Assembly: GCA_009914755.4 (NCBI GenBank)
Contig: CP068257.2
Span: 12,960,001-13,024,000 of the forward strand
Direction: 5' to 3'
Length of the DNA: 64,000 nucleotides
Source: the human T2T-CHM13v2.0 reference genome, Homo sapiens
Positions 1 to 13,991 of the stretch are shown piece by piece. Under the pieces are notes generated by a model. The model worked only from the letters and a program-made list of their open reading frames with translations. It had not been told where the DNA came from and did no database searches. Every line of letters starts with the position of its first letter. The first letter of the stretch is position 1. The position numbers were made by a program, and so were the translations under genes.

Positions 1-1089
1 AAGATGGAGTGACGTGAAAAGGCCACATACATGTTCTGTAGTTGGCTGCCCGGCTGAGCCGGGCCTAACCTAGACTAGTTGTCAGACATGTAAGTGAAGG
101 AGCCTCTGTATGACTCCAGCTACCAGATGTCGAAGTCCTCCCCAGTCATTCAAGTCTTCCCAAATGAAGCCTCAGACATCACATTGTGAACCAGTTCCCC
201 AAATGAATTACTGATCTGCAAGTGTGTGAGCCTAATAAGATGTTCTTTTATACTACTAACTATTGGAATGGTTTGTTTGCCACAATAGATTATCAGAACA
301 TGCATGAACTACATGGTAGATTACCAACATCAATGTGCATAAAAATATGCCATCCAGCATAAAAATTGAGATTACAAGTGCCCTTCAAATACAGAGGCAG
401 CAAGGGATGATGTAAAAAAGTTTTTATTTCTAATCAGCTTTTAGGTTATTCTAGCATAGATACTTCTGACCATATTAATTTTCAAATAGGCAACCATAAT
501 CTCAGGAAGAACTCCTCTGAAGAACTGAAGGATCCTAAGATTCATTTGTATAAAACACTAGAAGTCTAAGTGGTCTCATCGTTGAATTCAGAAAGCCTTC
601 CTCGGCTATATGAGGCATCACACCATGCAGTGGGTACCCTTTCCTCAGGGAGTTTATTCCCATCTTGTAAGCAAGCATTTAGAGGTATGAAGTAGGACTT
701 CCCTCTGGTATTCCTCATGTAGTCTAGTTTGGCCAGAGTTAAATTACCTGCTCTTAGGAAACAAGTTTTTCTAAAATTAAATGTGTGTTTCCTGAAAATT
801 AACCAGAATGGTGAATATATTTGTGAATTTATACCATCTTTTGCCATCTTAAAATTAAGCTACTTGGCATCAGACCAACAAAGAAAAATAATTAATAAGA
901 TCTTGAAAAATTAAGCCAAAATATTTATATGCTTACATTGAAGAGGCTGGCCAAATGATATTGACTAGAATTCAGGAGAGAAATTAGGTTTCAAACCAAT
1001 GGTAATTCAAATGGTGGACTAGAGTAGAAGGCCTTAAGAACACCTCTTCTTTCCCACTGGGTTCCTCCTTTTATAATTAATCTCATTAA

Positions 1090-1437
<348 letters not shown>

Positions 1438-3330
1438 AAGAAGATTTATTTTTAAAGTAAGTTTGCAGCAGTATAGATGAAGTTAATGTTTCTCTTATTA
1501 CTAACATTGTTTTCTGACTTTGTCTGGTCCCTCACTTCCCTTACTAACATATGCCATTTTTCCCCAGCTTTTTCTTGTGGAATAGTCTGTCACAGTTACA
1601 CTGATTGATTGAAAAATTTCTGAATCTCCAAATATGTTTTGTTTCCTTTTTATTATTTTTTAAATGTTGATTTATTTTTATTCTTTGTACTTTCTGGTAT
1701 AAAATATGAAAACTCTGTTCTTGAAATTATCTTTAATTAAATCATAACTTAATCTTAGGTAAACTCCAATTCACAGATTCAAAAGTTTGTTCTTCTCAAT
1801 TCTTTTTTATAAACTCAAGTCAAAATAAATTTAAATATTTTAAAATGGACTTTAACTTACTAAAATAAATATTATAAATATTCTTCCTATCTATGATGCT
1901 GAAAATTTAACAATTAACCTGAATTATAGATTAATTTCTCCTCACACCTAAGCTATGCCAATTTTTTAGTTGTAAAGTCCTAAGCATTCAATTTATTCTA
2001 CATTATTTTACAGATGTAGTCTCTTTTAATAGAACAGATGTAGGCTTAGATAAAAATCTCCTTAGAAGAAGGAAATGGACTAGATAAACTAAAAATATTT
2101 TGCATCTGGAACTCAGCTTATTCTGATAAATTTGGTCTTAACCTATATAGTACAGTCATGTTGTTGAGCTATGGATTAATACATCAGACAGAAATCTTAG
2201 CTAAATATAGCCTATGGAATTTTTTCATCAGGTCCCAATACTCTTTAGGGCTGAAATGCTATTAATATAATGTGTTAATGTAGAAATATCATTTTGAAAT
2301 TGAAATTGAGGAAAATTACTTTTTTTGGCCTTGAATTTTATAAGATTGCTTAGGAGTTAATGTCACTCCTACAGTTTATTTCCCTATATATTTTCTTCTA
2401 TTTTATTGAAGCCATCTTTACAATTTCATTAGTATCTAATAAAATCATGTGGGTTGTGGATGACAGCAATGATGTACTTTCCTATCTTTATCTCACTGAA
2501 CTCCACAGACTGCCTATCCTCAGGCACAGGAAACTACTCTTAAGTAGTTATGCAATTAACAGCTAAAAAGGAGTGTTTAAAATGAGAAAGAAATATTTTA
2601 GGTTGATACATAGGTCACTAATTACTTAGAAATACTCTGAGCCTTCCAAATGAAACCACTATACCCATAAAATTTGAGCCTACAACTTGTGGTCTTGAAT
2701 TTCTCCCTTCAATTTATAATGTTACAGACAGCCTTGGTCTCTGGCCATCAACTCTTCCTAGCATGGCATTAATTTCTAGGAAATGTCCAGTGACTCAACT
2801 GCTACTACTGAAATGTCTGCTGAGGTTCTTGGACACACACATGCACACGCACTCGCTGAACATGCATGGTCACTCAAGACCCTGAGAAATATCAAAGCTG
2901 GGAAAAATTCTGTAAAGCCTTTCTTTCTTCCTTCTCTGACAAAGCAACCAGAAGTAACTCATCTAAGGTCAGGATTCTTTGCTGCTTTTTCAGTGTAGCT
3001 ATAATAGAATTCCGTGCCTATTATTCCCAAATTAACAAAACAAAACAAAAACATACATAAGAGAAAGGTAGTTTTAGGAAATAGAATGCTTGAAGAAATT
3101 TATGGAAAAATTTACATCTAAAATAATCTGTAACACCATTATACCTTCTTTATCCATAGATCAACATACAATAATCTAAAATACAACATGTGCTTATAGA
3201 AGGATTAATAGATAAATGGAATGGCGGATGAATAGAGAAACTGATAGACAAATGTTTGATTAACTGACTGAAGGTGTGGATGCATATAGCTGGCATCCAT
3301 GTGGTAAAGACAGAGTCCAATCCAAACATG

Positions 3331-4110
3331 ATAGAGAGGGAAGTGGAGCAAAGTGGCTGAATAGAACCCTCAGTAATCATCCCTCTCACAGGAATACCAA
3401 CTTGAATGGCTATTCACACAAGAGAGCACCTCCATAAGTAACTAAAAATGAGGTGAGTGATCACAATACCTGGTTCTAACATCATATCCTTGAAAGAGCC
3501 ACTAAAAAAAGTAGGAAAGGTGGTTTTGGATTGCTGACTCCACCCTCCTCCTCTATCTCCTGGTAGCATCCTCATGGTGCTGAGAGAGAATATTTGTGCT
3601 TGGGGAAGGGAGAGCAAAGTTATTGTGGGACTTTGCATTGACCTCAGTGCTGTTTCTCACAGTGGAAAGCAACACAGGGCAAAATTCAGCTGTCCACTAC
3701 AGGGGGAGCATATAGACTTGCCCCCACATTCTGACTAGCCCCTCCACAGTGGGCTGAAGCACTTTGGGGTCCTAAGTAAACTTGAAAGGCAGTCCAGACA
3801 ACAGGGCCTGAAATTCCTGGGCAATTCCTGGTGCTGTGCTGGGCTCAAAGCCAGTGGAACTGAGGTGCACATGATCTAGTAAGATATCAGCAGGAGTGGC
3901 CAAAGGGATGCTTTCATCACCCCTTTCCCAATCCCAGGCAGCACAGCTTGCAGCCTCGGGAGAGACTCCTTCCTTCTGCATAAGGAGAGGACACAGGAGA
4001 GTGAAAGGACTTTGTCTTGCAGCCACAGTAGAATAGGGCACTAGGCAAACTCCTAAGGTTCCCAATCCATTCTTCACTCCCAGGTGAAATTTCTAGACTC
4101 TTGAATCATC
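3331..4110 (+). mobile_element. Isolated 5'UTR fragment of an older primate L1 (L1PB/late-L1PA type), 3'-truncated
   Basis: Begins ...ggaagtggagcaaagtggctgaatagaaccctc, like the start of the older L1 at 38893. It shares the ~330 bp 5'UTR unit motifs (gactttgtcttgcagccacagtagaatagggcactag, aacttgaaaggcagtccagacaacagggcctg) seen at 39400-40300. Confidence 0.6.
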
Positions 4111-4560
4111 AATAGCTAAAATAATCAATTTTTTTCTCATTCCAATAACACTTGGGGGTGAATACCAAGCAGATCAACTTTTGATACGGTTTTTCATCTT
4201 TGTAAACTCTTAAGACTTTCTGTTTTATTACTTGCCTTCCCAAAGTTAAGTACTTTTAATTATGAAATTACATACTATTAATATGTTATTCTATACCTGA
4301 CTCCTAATTTGCTCTCCTGGAAATTTTTACATTATAAAATGACTCCATTTTATATTCATAATCAAGGTTATTTCTCTTAAATTTTTTAAGAAGACTTAAA
4401 CATAACTATTAACATATCAATGTTATCTTTAGAGAGTTTTCTCGTGCTCTAATTTTTAATATATTTTCAAATTTTTTGTACATTAAAACTTTCAGTTTTC
4501 TTTTCAATTGCTTATTTGCTTCAGCAGGCAACTTAACCAGATTCCACTTCCTTTCTGTAC

Positions 4561-4625
4561 ATGTGTCTATGTGATATATATACACATATATATATGTATA
4601 CATGTATATATTAATAGTTTATAAT
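4561..4625. repeat. TA/CA-rich simple repeat
   Basis: tgtgatatatatacacatatatatatgtatacatgtatatat. Confidence 0.8.
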
Positions 4626-5054
4626 AATGCATATTCTATTCTATCTTATTTGGTTTTCCTTTTTAAGTAGACCATAATGGTCTGCTTATTTTCATGGTGG
4701 AAGATGTGAATTTTTCTTACCTGCCCTTTAAACTACTTTGGGAAAATGCAAAGTCAGCTGAACTAAATTTAGCAATTACCTTTTAGCTGACAGGGCCTTC
4801 TGATGTGGGAATCATTCTTATGCTTGCTGTGTTCCTGCCAGATTTTGTCATTCACAGTTTTTCCTTCTAAAGTGAAGCAGATAATTGGTTAGCAGAATTC
4901 ATAGTAACATTTGTCCAGTAAGTATAAGACATTTGAAATCAAAACAAGTTCAGCACAGGATTTGCAACTTGGTAAGTGGTATCTTAAGAGAGCTCTAGTT
5001 CTAGGTGATGCAGGAAGTCAGGGACCCCGAACGGAGGGACCGGCTGAAGCCATG

Positions 5055-5252
5055 GCAGAAGAACATAAATTGTGAAGATTTCATGGACATTTATTAGTTC
5101 CCCAAATTAATACTTTTATAATTTCTTACACCTGGCCTGTCTTTACTGCAATCTCTGAACATAAATTGTGAAGATTTCATAGACACTTATCACTTCCCCA
5201 ATCAATATTCTTGTGATTTCCTATGCCTGTCTTTACTTTAATCTCTTAATCC
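5055..5252 (+). repeat. Two tandem ~100 bp units inside the LTR U3 region
   Basis: 5055-5155 and 5158-5252 align at about 85% identity (aacataaattgtgaagatttcatggacatttattagttcccc... versus ...catagacacttatcacttcccc...). Confidence 0.8.
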
Positions 5253-5867
5253 TGTCATCTTCATAAGGTGAGGATGTATGTCGCCTCAGAACCCTGTGAT
5301 GATTGTGTTAACTGCACAAATTGTTTGTAGAGCATGTGTGTTTGAACAATATCAAATCTGGGCACCTTAAGAACAGGATAACAGCAATTTTCTGGGAACA
5401 AGGGAGATAACCTTAAAGTCTGGCTGCCTGTGGGCCGGGCATGATGGAGCCATATTTCTCTTATTACCAAAAATGGATAAGAGAAATATCGCTGAATTCT
5501 TTCCCCAGTAAGGAATATTAATAATTAACAGCCCTGGGAAAAGAACGCATTCCCAGGGCGGGGCCTCTAAAATGGCCACCCTAGGAGTGTCTGCCTTATG
5601 TAGCTATGGATAGGGATGAAACATGCCCTAGTCTCCTGCAGTGCCCCCAGGCTTGCTAGGATTAGGAAATTCCAGCCTGGTGAATTCTAGTCAGACTGGT
5701 TCTCTGCTCTTGAACCGTGACAATGCATGCACATCAGGACATGGAAGTTCATTAGTGATTCTAGTTTCACCCTTAACTTCTGCCTTGTGATCTTTTGTCG
5801 CCCTTGAAGCATGTGATCTCTGTGACCCACACCCTATTCGTGCACTCCCTCCTCTTTGAAAATTGCT

Positions 5868-5873
5868 AATAAA
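5868..5873 (+). terminator. Canonical AATAAA polyadenylation signal within the LTR (R region)
   Basis: Lies in the sequence aattgctaataaaaacctgctgggtttgtggctcggggg. Confidence 0.4.
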
Positions 5874-6236
5874 AACCTGCTGGGTTTGTGGCTCGGGGGC
5901 ATCACAGAACCTGCTGACGTGTGATGTCTCCCACAGATACCCAGCTTTAAAATTTCTCTCTTGTGTACTCTTTCCCTTTATTTGTCAGACTGGCTGACAC
6001 TTAGACAAATAGAAAATAACACACGTTGAATTATCGGTGGCGGGTTCCCCCATATCAGGGAGTTCTAGTCCTTCATGGACAACAACAGGTATCCTGTGGG
6101 CTACCCACTTATTCCCATGAACTACATAGGCACTTCACCATATATGATAGAATGCTGTTACTTTAACGTCTCTTGATAGCTTATGATTGCATTATTCTTT
6201 GTAGTTTTCTTGAATTCATAACCAATTATTATTACT

Positions 6237-6420
6237 TTTCTGAGACAGCGTCTTACTCTGTTGCCCAGGTTGGAGTACAGTGGTGTGATCATAGCTCATT
6301 GTGGCCTCAAATTCCTGGGCCATAGCTATCCTCCTGCCTCAATTTCCCAAGTAGCTGAAACTACAGTCATGTGCCACCAGGATAGGCACATTTTTTTTTT
6401 TTTGTAGAGACAGGGTCATA
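6237..6420 (-). mobile_element. Old Alu/FLAM-like fragment covering the left part only
   Basis: ttttctgagacagcgtcttactctgttgcccaggttggagtacagtggtgtgatcatagctcattg...cctcctgcctcaatttcccaagtagctg...tttttttttttttgtagagacagggtcat. Confidence 0.75.
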
Positions 6421-7250
6421 GTCAATTGTTTTTATGCATCCTGAAAAGGTTAAACTATCCTTACCCTCTAGATTCTCCATCATTTCTAACAAACTAATTG
6501 TGTAGAAAGAACATTGGGCTGTGATAGTTTCAAGAAACTCTAAGATCCTTGAATGGAATATAAATGATTTGCTCAGCTTTGTCCTCCCAACATCTAAAGC
6601 AGGGCCTGGACATGTGAAGAAATGAATTGCACCAAATGGAAAATTGGAGTCCCTTCTAAATTACTTACTACAGATAAATCATTCTACATGTTGTATCATG
6701 CATTGATAACACAAATGTTGAATAATGCAACCTATGCATAGCATGAAGACAAACTCAGCATGCTGTGTTGTTTCTAAAGTCACTATTTGCTCATATGTTT
6801 TGATTATAGAAAAGGCAGTTGATCATCAAGAACTGTGTTAGGATAGAAATATTGGTTGTACTGTATGTGCATGCAGAATAGACTGAGAATGGATCTAGAT
6901 GAAAAATAAAATGTTGCCTTGCTTCCTTTTATTTAAGACTGTGCACTATTCAAATTAGGGCTGATATTCAAAATATTTAACAACGAGTGACTGCAGGACC
7001 CTGATAGGATCCAGCGCCTATAGATGCTACTGCTGGGAGAATTGAAACCTGATTAAAACGCAGATATCCTTCAAAGTTGTACCCATTGTGGGGTATCACT
7101 TTAGTCAGAATGAGCTTTTCAGATCTTACCAGGAAATTGGTTTTTAAAAAAGAAGGAAATGAGTATGAGCACCTGACTCCTCTGCTGGGGAGAAGGAAAG
7201 GGAAAAGGGTACCCATAAGTTTGGCACACTACATTAAAAAAAATTATTGA

Positions 7251-7550
<300 letters not shown>

Positions 7551-8730
7551 AATTATTGACTGGATGATCCAGATGTTTCACATTGTGAATGTTTTATAAT
7601 TACTGACTCCCTATTTGCTGTAAAGTAAAAAGAGAGATAATCTATTAATTTTCTAAAAATAATGAATAGAAATCGATTTTTACTTTAGAATTAAGGTACA
7701 AACCAAACTGATTGCATGTATTATTACTATGAATGCTATCACAGAAACTAAAGAGAAGATTTGGTGTGTGAAATGTTGTAGAAGAGACTTTTATAATGAA
7801 ACCACTTTCTGCTAATTTTTTATTGTCTCCTAGATTCACAGATCTAAAATGATCTCTAACAAGTCACCTTGACCACGGAGCAGCCAAGCTACACATGGAG
7901 AGCTGGAAGATGAGCAGCCAATGAACTACCAAAGAGGATTATTCTGTTTAAATATAAAAGGAAAATATTGCAAATAAATCAATGATTTCTTTGTCATAGC
8001 CATTTAAAGTTAGAATGAAGCCACTTTTAAAAAATGTTCTTCTATATAATTCAAAGACAACTCAATTTGACTTTCATTAATCAGTTTTGTTGCTTTGTGG
8101 CAGGAGCAGGAGAAAAGAACTTGTGGGGAGACAGAATACATCGTTTACACTTGTAACCTTAGGAATCACTAACCAAATATTTTATTTTCAGACATAAATC
8201 TCCGGAATAACCTGGAAGAATAAAAGAAAAAGATATTTAAGTCTAGATTTAATAAATAACATTTTAATCAAACAGAAATTAGAATATGTGCAACACTTTG
8301 GGAACAGAAATAAATTCTACCTCTAACCGAGGTCTACCTATGGTCTTGAATTTTCCTAACCCTAGGTGGCAAATTACAGTAAATACAAGTACAATTTGGG
8401 TCTGTAAATTTCTATGCAATATGGAGAAACTGATATTCATAAGACCTGAAAAAAATAGTAAGTCTTTTTACGTGAAGGTATCTCAGGATAACCAAATAGT
8501 TACTAGGGGGGAAGTGCTTTTGCAAATAAATATGTTAATAAATACAGAAAGAATGATGTAAATTGTATATAACCATTATGCAATCTCTAATAAAATAAAA
8601 GATCTGGAAAATAATCACCAATTATTGATAAAGCCTAATTGAAAGGCTGATGGGCAACTTTATGCCAGTGGATCCATGTGATACCATCTGAGCCCACTGA
8701 GCAATATCACTGTCAAAAAAATATGATCAT

Positions 8731-9034
8731 GCTAATCAATTCATGTGTGTGGGTGAACACACACATATCTCATAACTAACATTGTTATAGCTTAAGTGTT
8801 TTCTACTATTGATATTCTTTATTGTCATTAAATTAAAACTGAGTTTACCATTTTTTCAAACTCAAAATTGTGAGCAAAAACATGCATAGATAAGGTTTCC
8901 TTTTTGTTAATTTTTTGTTTCCTTTTCATTTTTTAATGCAAAATGGTTAGGACATCTCTTGGCACATAGCAAGCATTCCAAACAAATAAAGCTATTTATA
9001 ATATTGTAAAGTGAGGTAAGTGAATAACAATGAG
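8731..9034. repeat. Copy A of a ~300 bp locally duplicated segment. Its partner is at 9753-10088.
   Basis: gctaatcaattcatgtgtgtgggtgaacacacacatatctcataactaac...gcaaaatggttaggacatctcttggcacatagcaagcattccaaacaaataaagctatttataat is about 85-88% identical to copy B. The six-frame ORFs 8907-9092(-) and 9887-10120(-) give near-identical peptides (SLYNIINSFICLECLLCAKRCPNHFALK versus SLYSIINSFICLEFLLYAKRCPKHFALK). Confidence 0.8.
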
Positions 9035-9752
9035 AGTAGACGTAAAGCTTACAATACAACAAAACAGAAAGTATGCAGTCACTGAAGACCAACTTTTAAA
9101 TATATATATAAATATACATATTTGAACCTTTTCATACTTTATATATATTTGAATCTTATCACACTTTGAGATTTAACTAAAAGTTTACAGGAAACATACA
9201 GTAGAGAAAAACATGCTTAAAAAAACACAAGGATTCAATCAGCAAAATTCAAAAATCTGGGAAATTCTTCAGGACACAGACTCCAGTTTCTTCAACAAAT
9301 AAATGAAAAGACATAAATTAAGAGACCTGAACTGAATCCAGCTGAGCTTTTTGGATCCTGATTTAAATAAACCAACTCTGAAAAAGCATTTGAGTCTGTC
9401 AGAAATATTGTAATAGTGACTGTATATTTGGCAATTTAATGTCATTTGTCTTGTTTTGTTCTAGTGCAGTAATGGTATTGTGATTATGCTTTTTAAAAAA
9501 TAATTCTTATTTTTTAATAACATACACTGAAGCATGAAATTATGTGTCTGGCATCTGCTTTATTAATACAAAAACAGTGGGGATGCAGTTGAGGTAGTAG
9601 AATGGGTAGAAATAAAATTGACTATAGGTTGATCCTTGTTTAAGTTTGGTGATATGAGTTTATCATTAACTCTTCCCCTATGTATGATTGAAAATTTCCA
9701 TAACAAAATGTTTTGAAACAGAAGCAGAGGATAGGACTATGCTGACTTGACT

Positions 9753-10088
9753 GCTAATCAATTCATGTGTGTGGGTAAACACACATATCTCATCACTAAC
9801 TGTTACAGCTTAAGTGTTTCCCACATTCATATTCTTGATAGTCATGTGCTCGCTTCGGCAGCACAGATACATATTCTTGATAGTAATTAAATTAAAACGA
9901 AGGTGACCCTTTTTAAGCTCAAAATTGTAAGCAAAAACATGCATATATAAGGTTTCCTTTTTCTTAATCTTTTGTTTTTAATTTTTAATGCAAAATGCTT
10001 AGGACATCTCTTGGCATATAGCAAGAATTCCAAACAAATAAAGCTGTTTATAATACTGTAAAGTGATGTAGGTGTATAATAACATGAG
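9753..10088. repeat. Copy B of the local duplication, carrying an extra 42 bp insertion at 9843-9884
   Basis: Same as copy A; B is longer by the U6-fragment insertion plus its duplicated flank. Confidence 0.8.
9846..9870 (+). other. 25-nt fragment identical (1 mismatch) to the 5' end of U6 snRNA; not a gene
   Basis: gtgctcgcttcggcagcacaGatac versus U6 5' GTGCTCGCTTCGGCAGCACATATAC. It is flanked by 14-bp direct repeats atattcttgatagt (9829-9842 and 9871-9884). The insertion is absent from paralogous copy A. Confidence 0.7.
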
Positions 10089-11160
10089 ACATCATTTCCA
10101 TCAGGAGAGTGGTAGGCCAAAAAAAAGAAATTAAGGAACTCAAAGGAGTCTTCAATTTTATTTTAATTGCTTGAAATCTGAGGCCCACCTTAACTGATCT
10201 GGTTTATGTTTGAAAAATTGTAAATTGGTCATCATCAGACACTTTCCCTTTAATTCAATCCTCCTTCTGTCATCTATGTTTTGGTAGCCTATATTCTGCG
10301 GAAGCATCAATCATAAGCAAACGGCTACTATTTTGTTTAAGTACGTTCCTTGGAATTAGTGAATTTCTTATTCATGGTCAGAAAAACAGCCTCACATACA
10401 TGGCGATAAGGCTGAGAAAGGCCCAGCCAAAGCCCCTTCTTTACTCCACCTCGTGCTTCAAATGCCAGTGTTGTAGTTTAAATAGTTAATTGTAACTAAA
10501 ATACAACTACACCAGCCTGACAGGTCCCTAAGCTGTTAATCACCCAATTACCTACTTACTATGGATGTGTTTTATATTTTTAACTGGGAGAAAGCTTTGA
10601 GCAGGGGGAATAAAAAAGAAAAAAAAAAGGAAAGAATATGAAAAAGCACAAGAGCTTTTGAGAAAGAGGACACCCAGAGAGAACATCACATAATTTACAA
10701 TTGGCCTCAGACCAATCCAGGGTGCAAGGAAGCCATTCTTCTGTATCCTCGGCAACCAATCTGAAAATTTCCCCATAAACCGGCTTCCTGCCCATGTGTA
10801 ATTCGTGCTTATCAATTAAAATCCCATTACCTTATGCAACATGTGTATGTCATGTCCTCTGGCAGCTGGATGTGCTGAATGTAAAGCCAGGCCTGACCTA
10901 AATAACCTGAAACTCTTTGCAAACACATTTTTATGTGGATTAGAAAAATACTTCAGAAGATTTATAGGTCACTGATAGAAATATGTTTTTATGGAGGCTC
11001 CCACTTTAATCTAGGCCTGGTTTAGACACATGTTGCTTCTGAAAAATTTAATTTGCACATCCCTGTCTACTGGAATGTCACAACACAGCTTTCCCATGCA
11101 TCAGCATAAACAGAGAAATGATAGCAAAGCAATCCACATCTAGATTTGTACATGACAGCT

Positions 11161-11184
11161 GCAAAAAAAAAAAAAAAAAAAAAA
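11161..11184 (+). repeat. poly(A)24 tract
   Basis: gctgcaaaaaaaaaaaaaaaaaaaaaaaagtac. No recognisable retroposed element could be identified upstream. Confidence 0.9.
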
Positions 11185-13948
11185 AGTACTTTGGCACGAA
11201 GTCCACTAAAAATTCACATTCAACATTACAGAACTAAGGGAACATGAAGTTTACCAAGTAAATTTGACTTACTTTCTCTTTTTTGGTTTTGCATTCTCTA
11301 AATTAGAAACTCCCTGTAAAATAAAATAAAATGAATAAAATAAAATAAATAACATAAAATAAGACAAAACTATATCAAGAGATCTGAAAGAGAATTCATT
11401 CATTTTCTAGTATAATCCAAACGTAGTTCCTTTTGTCTTTTCCCTAGTGAAAAAGACTGATATGTCCCCTGTTGTATTTTAGTAATGTGTCACAGAAGTT
11501 TGGCTCACATTTTAACTTTTTTTTCCCTTTTGTCTTTGTAACTTTGAGAAAGGTAGGATATTTCCTTTATTAACGAGGGCTTATATCTTATTTTAAGCCC
11601 TTGCCAGTTTAAAAAAAAACAACAGGTCTTTTAAATTAAAACATCCAATTAAATCCTCATTATCTAAACCTCTGTCCCTCCATCAATCCACCAAAACCAA
11701 GGAGAGAGACACATACCTGGGTGTGTTAGTTGTATCATAGAGTGCCTTCATTTGAGAAAAATGGAAAGTAGCCTATCACAATACCCTCAGGGTGTTGAAA
11801 TACATCTGTGATTCATCTGACATTTTTCTTCAGATCAAGTGACCATTGTGTAAAATCCCTTACACTTTTGGGGAAAGAATTTGTCACATTTTTCACCATC
11901 CTTGAAACAGCTTAAACTGCCCTAGACACCTTTAAAAGCTCTTCAGATTCTGTCTTTATTATTCACCTACTCCTCCATTTAAAAAACATTTACTGAATAT
12001 CTACATGAAAGGCAACCGATTGTGTTCTGGAGAGGTTCATTTGTTTGGCATGGTAGGAATTTACATACTAAAGAAAATTGCAACGAATATTCCACTTTTG
12101 AGGGGGAAAAACACAAATGCTAAGGCTAAAAGGAAAGGTGAATGGAAACCAGAAAAAGGAAGTTTGATTCTATTATTCAGGTCGTTAATAGTAACAGCCT
12201 GGGCACAGTGAAATCCAGGATAACCTTTCCCCAAGATAGTGATCGAAGGGGCCATTTATCTAATCTTTATTTTGTTTGTATCAAGATTTTTAACTGCAGA
12301 GGACAATTTGAATTTTTTATTTTCCTAGTGGTTGAGCAGAACGTTGCTAAAACCCCACACACTGAAACAGTCAGTCCCTGAACTCGAGGAGCACATATTA
12401 CCAAGTTTGAAATACTTGTGCATGACCCATAGGACATTGCTTGTAGGGAAGAGGTGGTGGATGGGGGTTGTAAGTAAGGATGTGGGAAGCATGAATTAAG
12501 CCCTAATGTGAGTGAGGATATCAGCAGGCCTTTGAGGAGTTAGTGGTCAGATGGACCACTCCTTCCATTCTCTATGCTTTGTCATCCTGTGCCCTAAAAG
12601 TATGCAATCTCTATTCAAGGTCTTTTTCTGAAATTGTTTAGGTCTTGGGCCAGATCTTTCCAAACCTCAGATTAGAAGCTAATTGTGTTCCTTGCCCCAC
12701 AATCAGTAGCCACTCACATTTAACAAGCTTTGTGACAATCATGAGGAAAGAGGATGGCCATCCATCTTTATAGTAGTGTTTTTCTGTTATGTGTATTTGG
12801 AACTCACTAGGAAAGAACAAGCAAGCTCCATGTTCCACAGTCTATGCAATCGGGACCAAATATGTCTCAATAGTCAAAATCCATCATCCTGAGTCTCATT
12901 AGTTTGTCGTATGGGTTTAGGTAAATCTCTTGGGATTATGAATGTTGCCGTCTTCAAAATAGTCTACCTTTTGTGAAAATAGACAAGATTTGCAATAAGG
13001 AATATGGGAAACATTCGATACCTTTTAATTTTTAATTATTCAAGTCACAGTATTTTGGAACCAACTTCTTATATCAGGATTCCTCTGCCTTTGCTATCAA
13101 AGAGATTAATTCCAGATGGCTCACAAAATTTATATGCAATCGAGCAAGAGAGTTTGAATTTGGAAAGAAGATGTATTACGCAAACATAGTCTCCTGTATC
13201 ACCTGGGTGAAGCTTTTGTTAATACAATTAGGTATGGGACCCACACAAAGCTTAAACACTTGTAACAGCTGATTGTGGTGAAAGGAACATAATTAGCTTC
13301 CGGTTTGAAGTTTGGAGACATCTGGACTGAGATTAAAGTAATTTCCTAAGACCACAAATAGAGATTGGTTACTTTTACTATGTATGTTGTCACAATATTC
13401 TCTAGGGACTATCCACTTTGTTCTGGTTTTACTGGAATTGGGGTCATCCAATTTTTCCTCATGATGAATCAGTTTAGGTTTGGGAAATTTTGTTAAAAGA
13501 CTTTCTTGTAATGAATATTTTGGGCAAAAAATTGAGCTGAAACTTCTTTTTAATCTCTATTAAGATGAAAGAGTTAATGTATTTCTCCTTAGGCAACCTG
13601 CTTCCTACAAGGGTAGGGAGAGTCAGGCACATTAAATGTGGGTCTGGAGTGTGATTATATGAGGAAGAGGGATTACTTAAACAGGCCAACATCTACTTAA
13701 TTAGAATAATAGGTCTATTCCCTCGGTGTTGCCTAGTTGTAGATTACTACTGAACTGGTTAAGCAATTTTTAGTACTGCTTATACCAGACTCAAAGCAGC
13801 TGTGGAAAATGTAAATGACTTTCAATTCTGACTGCTGCTTACATAAGCAGACTGTCACGTATATTGGAGTTCACACCCTGGGTACTTTATTCCTAGAGGG
13901 GCAAGTCAAAGAAAGACTACATACACTTTTATTTTTAGAACCACAGCT

Positions 13949-13952
<4 letters not shown>

Positions 13953-13991
<39 letters not shown>

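Larger units (their letters stand above)
5006..6057 (+). mobile_element. Solo LTR, ERV1-class LTR12-like (HERV9 LTR). The 3' boundary is approximate.
   Basis: Starts tgatgcaggaagtcagggaccccgaacggagggaccggctgaagccatggcagaagaac. Has tandem ~100 bp U3 repeats (aacataaattgtgaagatttcatRgacaYttatYacttccccaa... x2). Has a poly(A) signal aataaa at 5868-5873, followed by ctgctgggtttgtggctcggggg. There are no internal gag/pol-like sequences. Confidence 0.6.

Noticed and set aside
9846-9870. Possible U6 snRNA gene
   Set aside because: Only the first 25 nt of U6 are present. There is no box A, no downstream U6 body and no Pol III terminator. It is a captured fragment, not a gene.
11161-11184. poly(A)24 as the tail of a processed pseudogene or SINE
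   Set aside because: The ~300 bp upstream does not resemble Alu, L1 or any mRNA I can recognise. I cannot support a retrocopy call.
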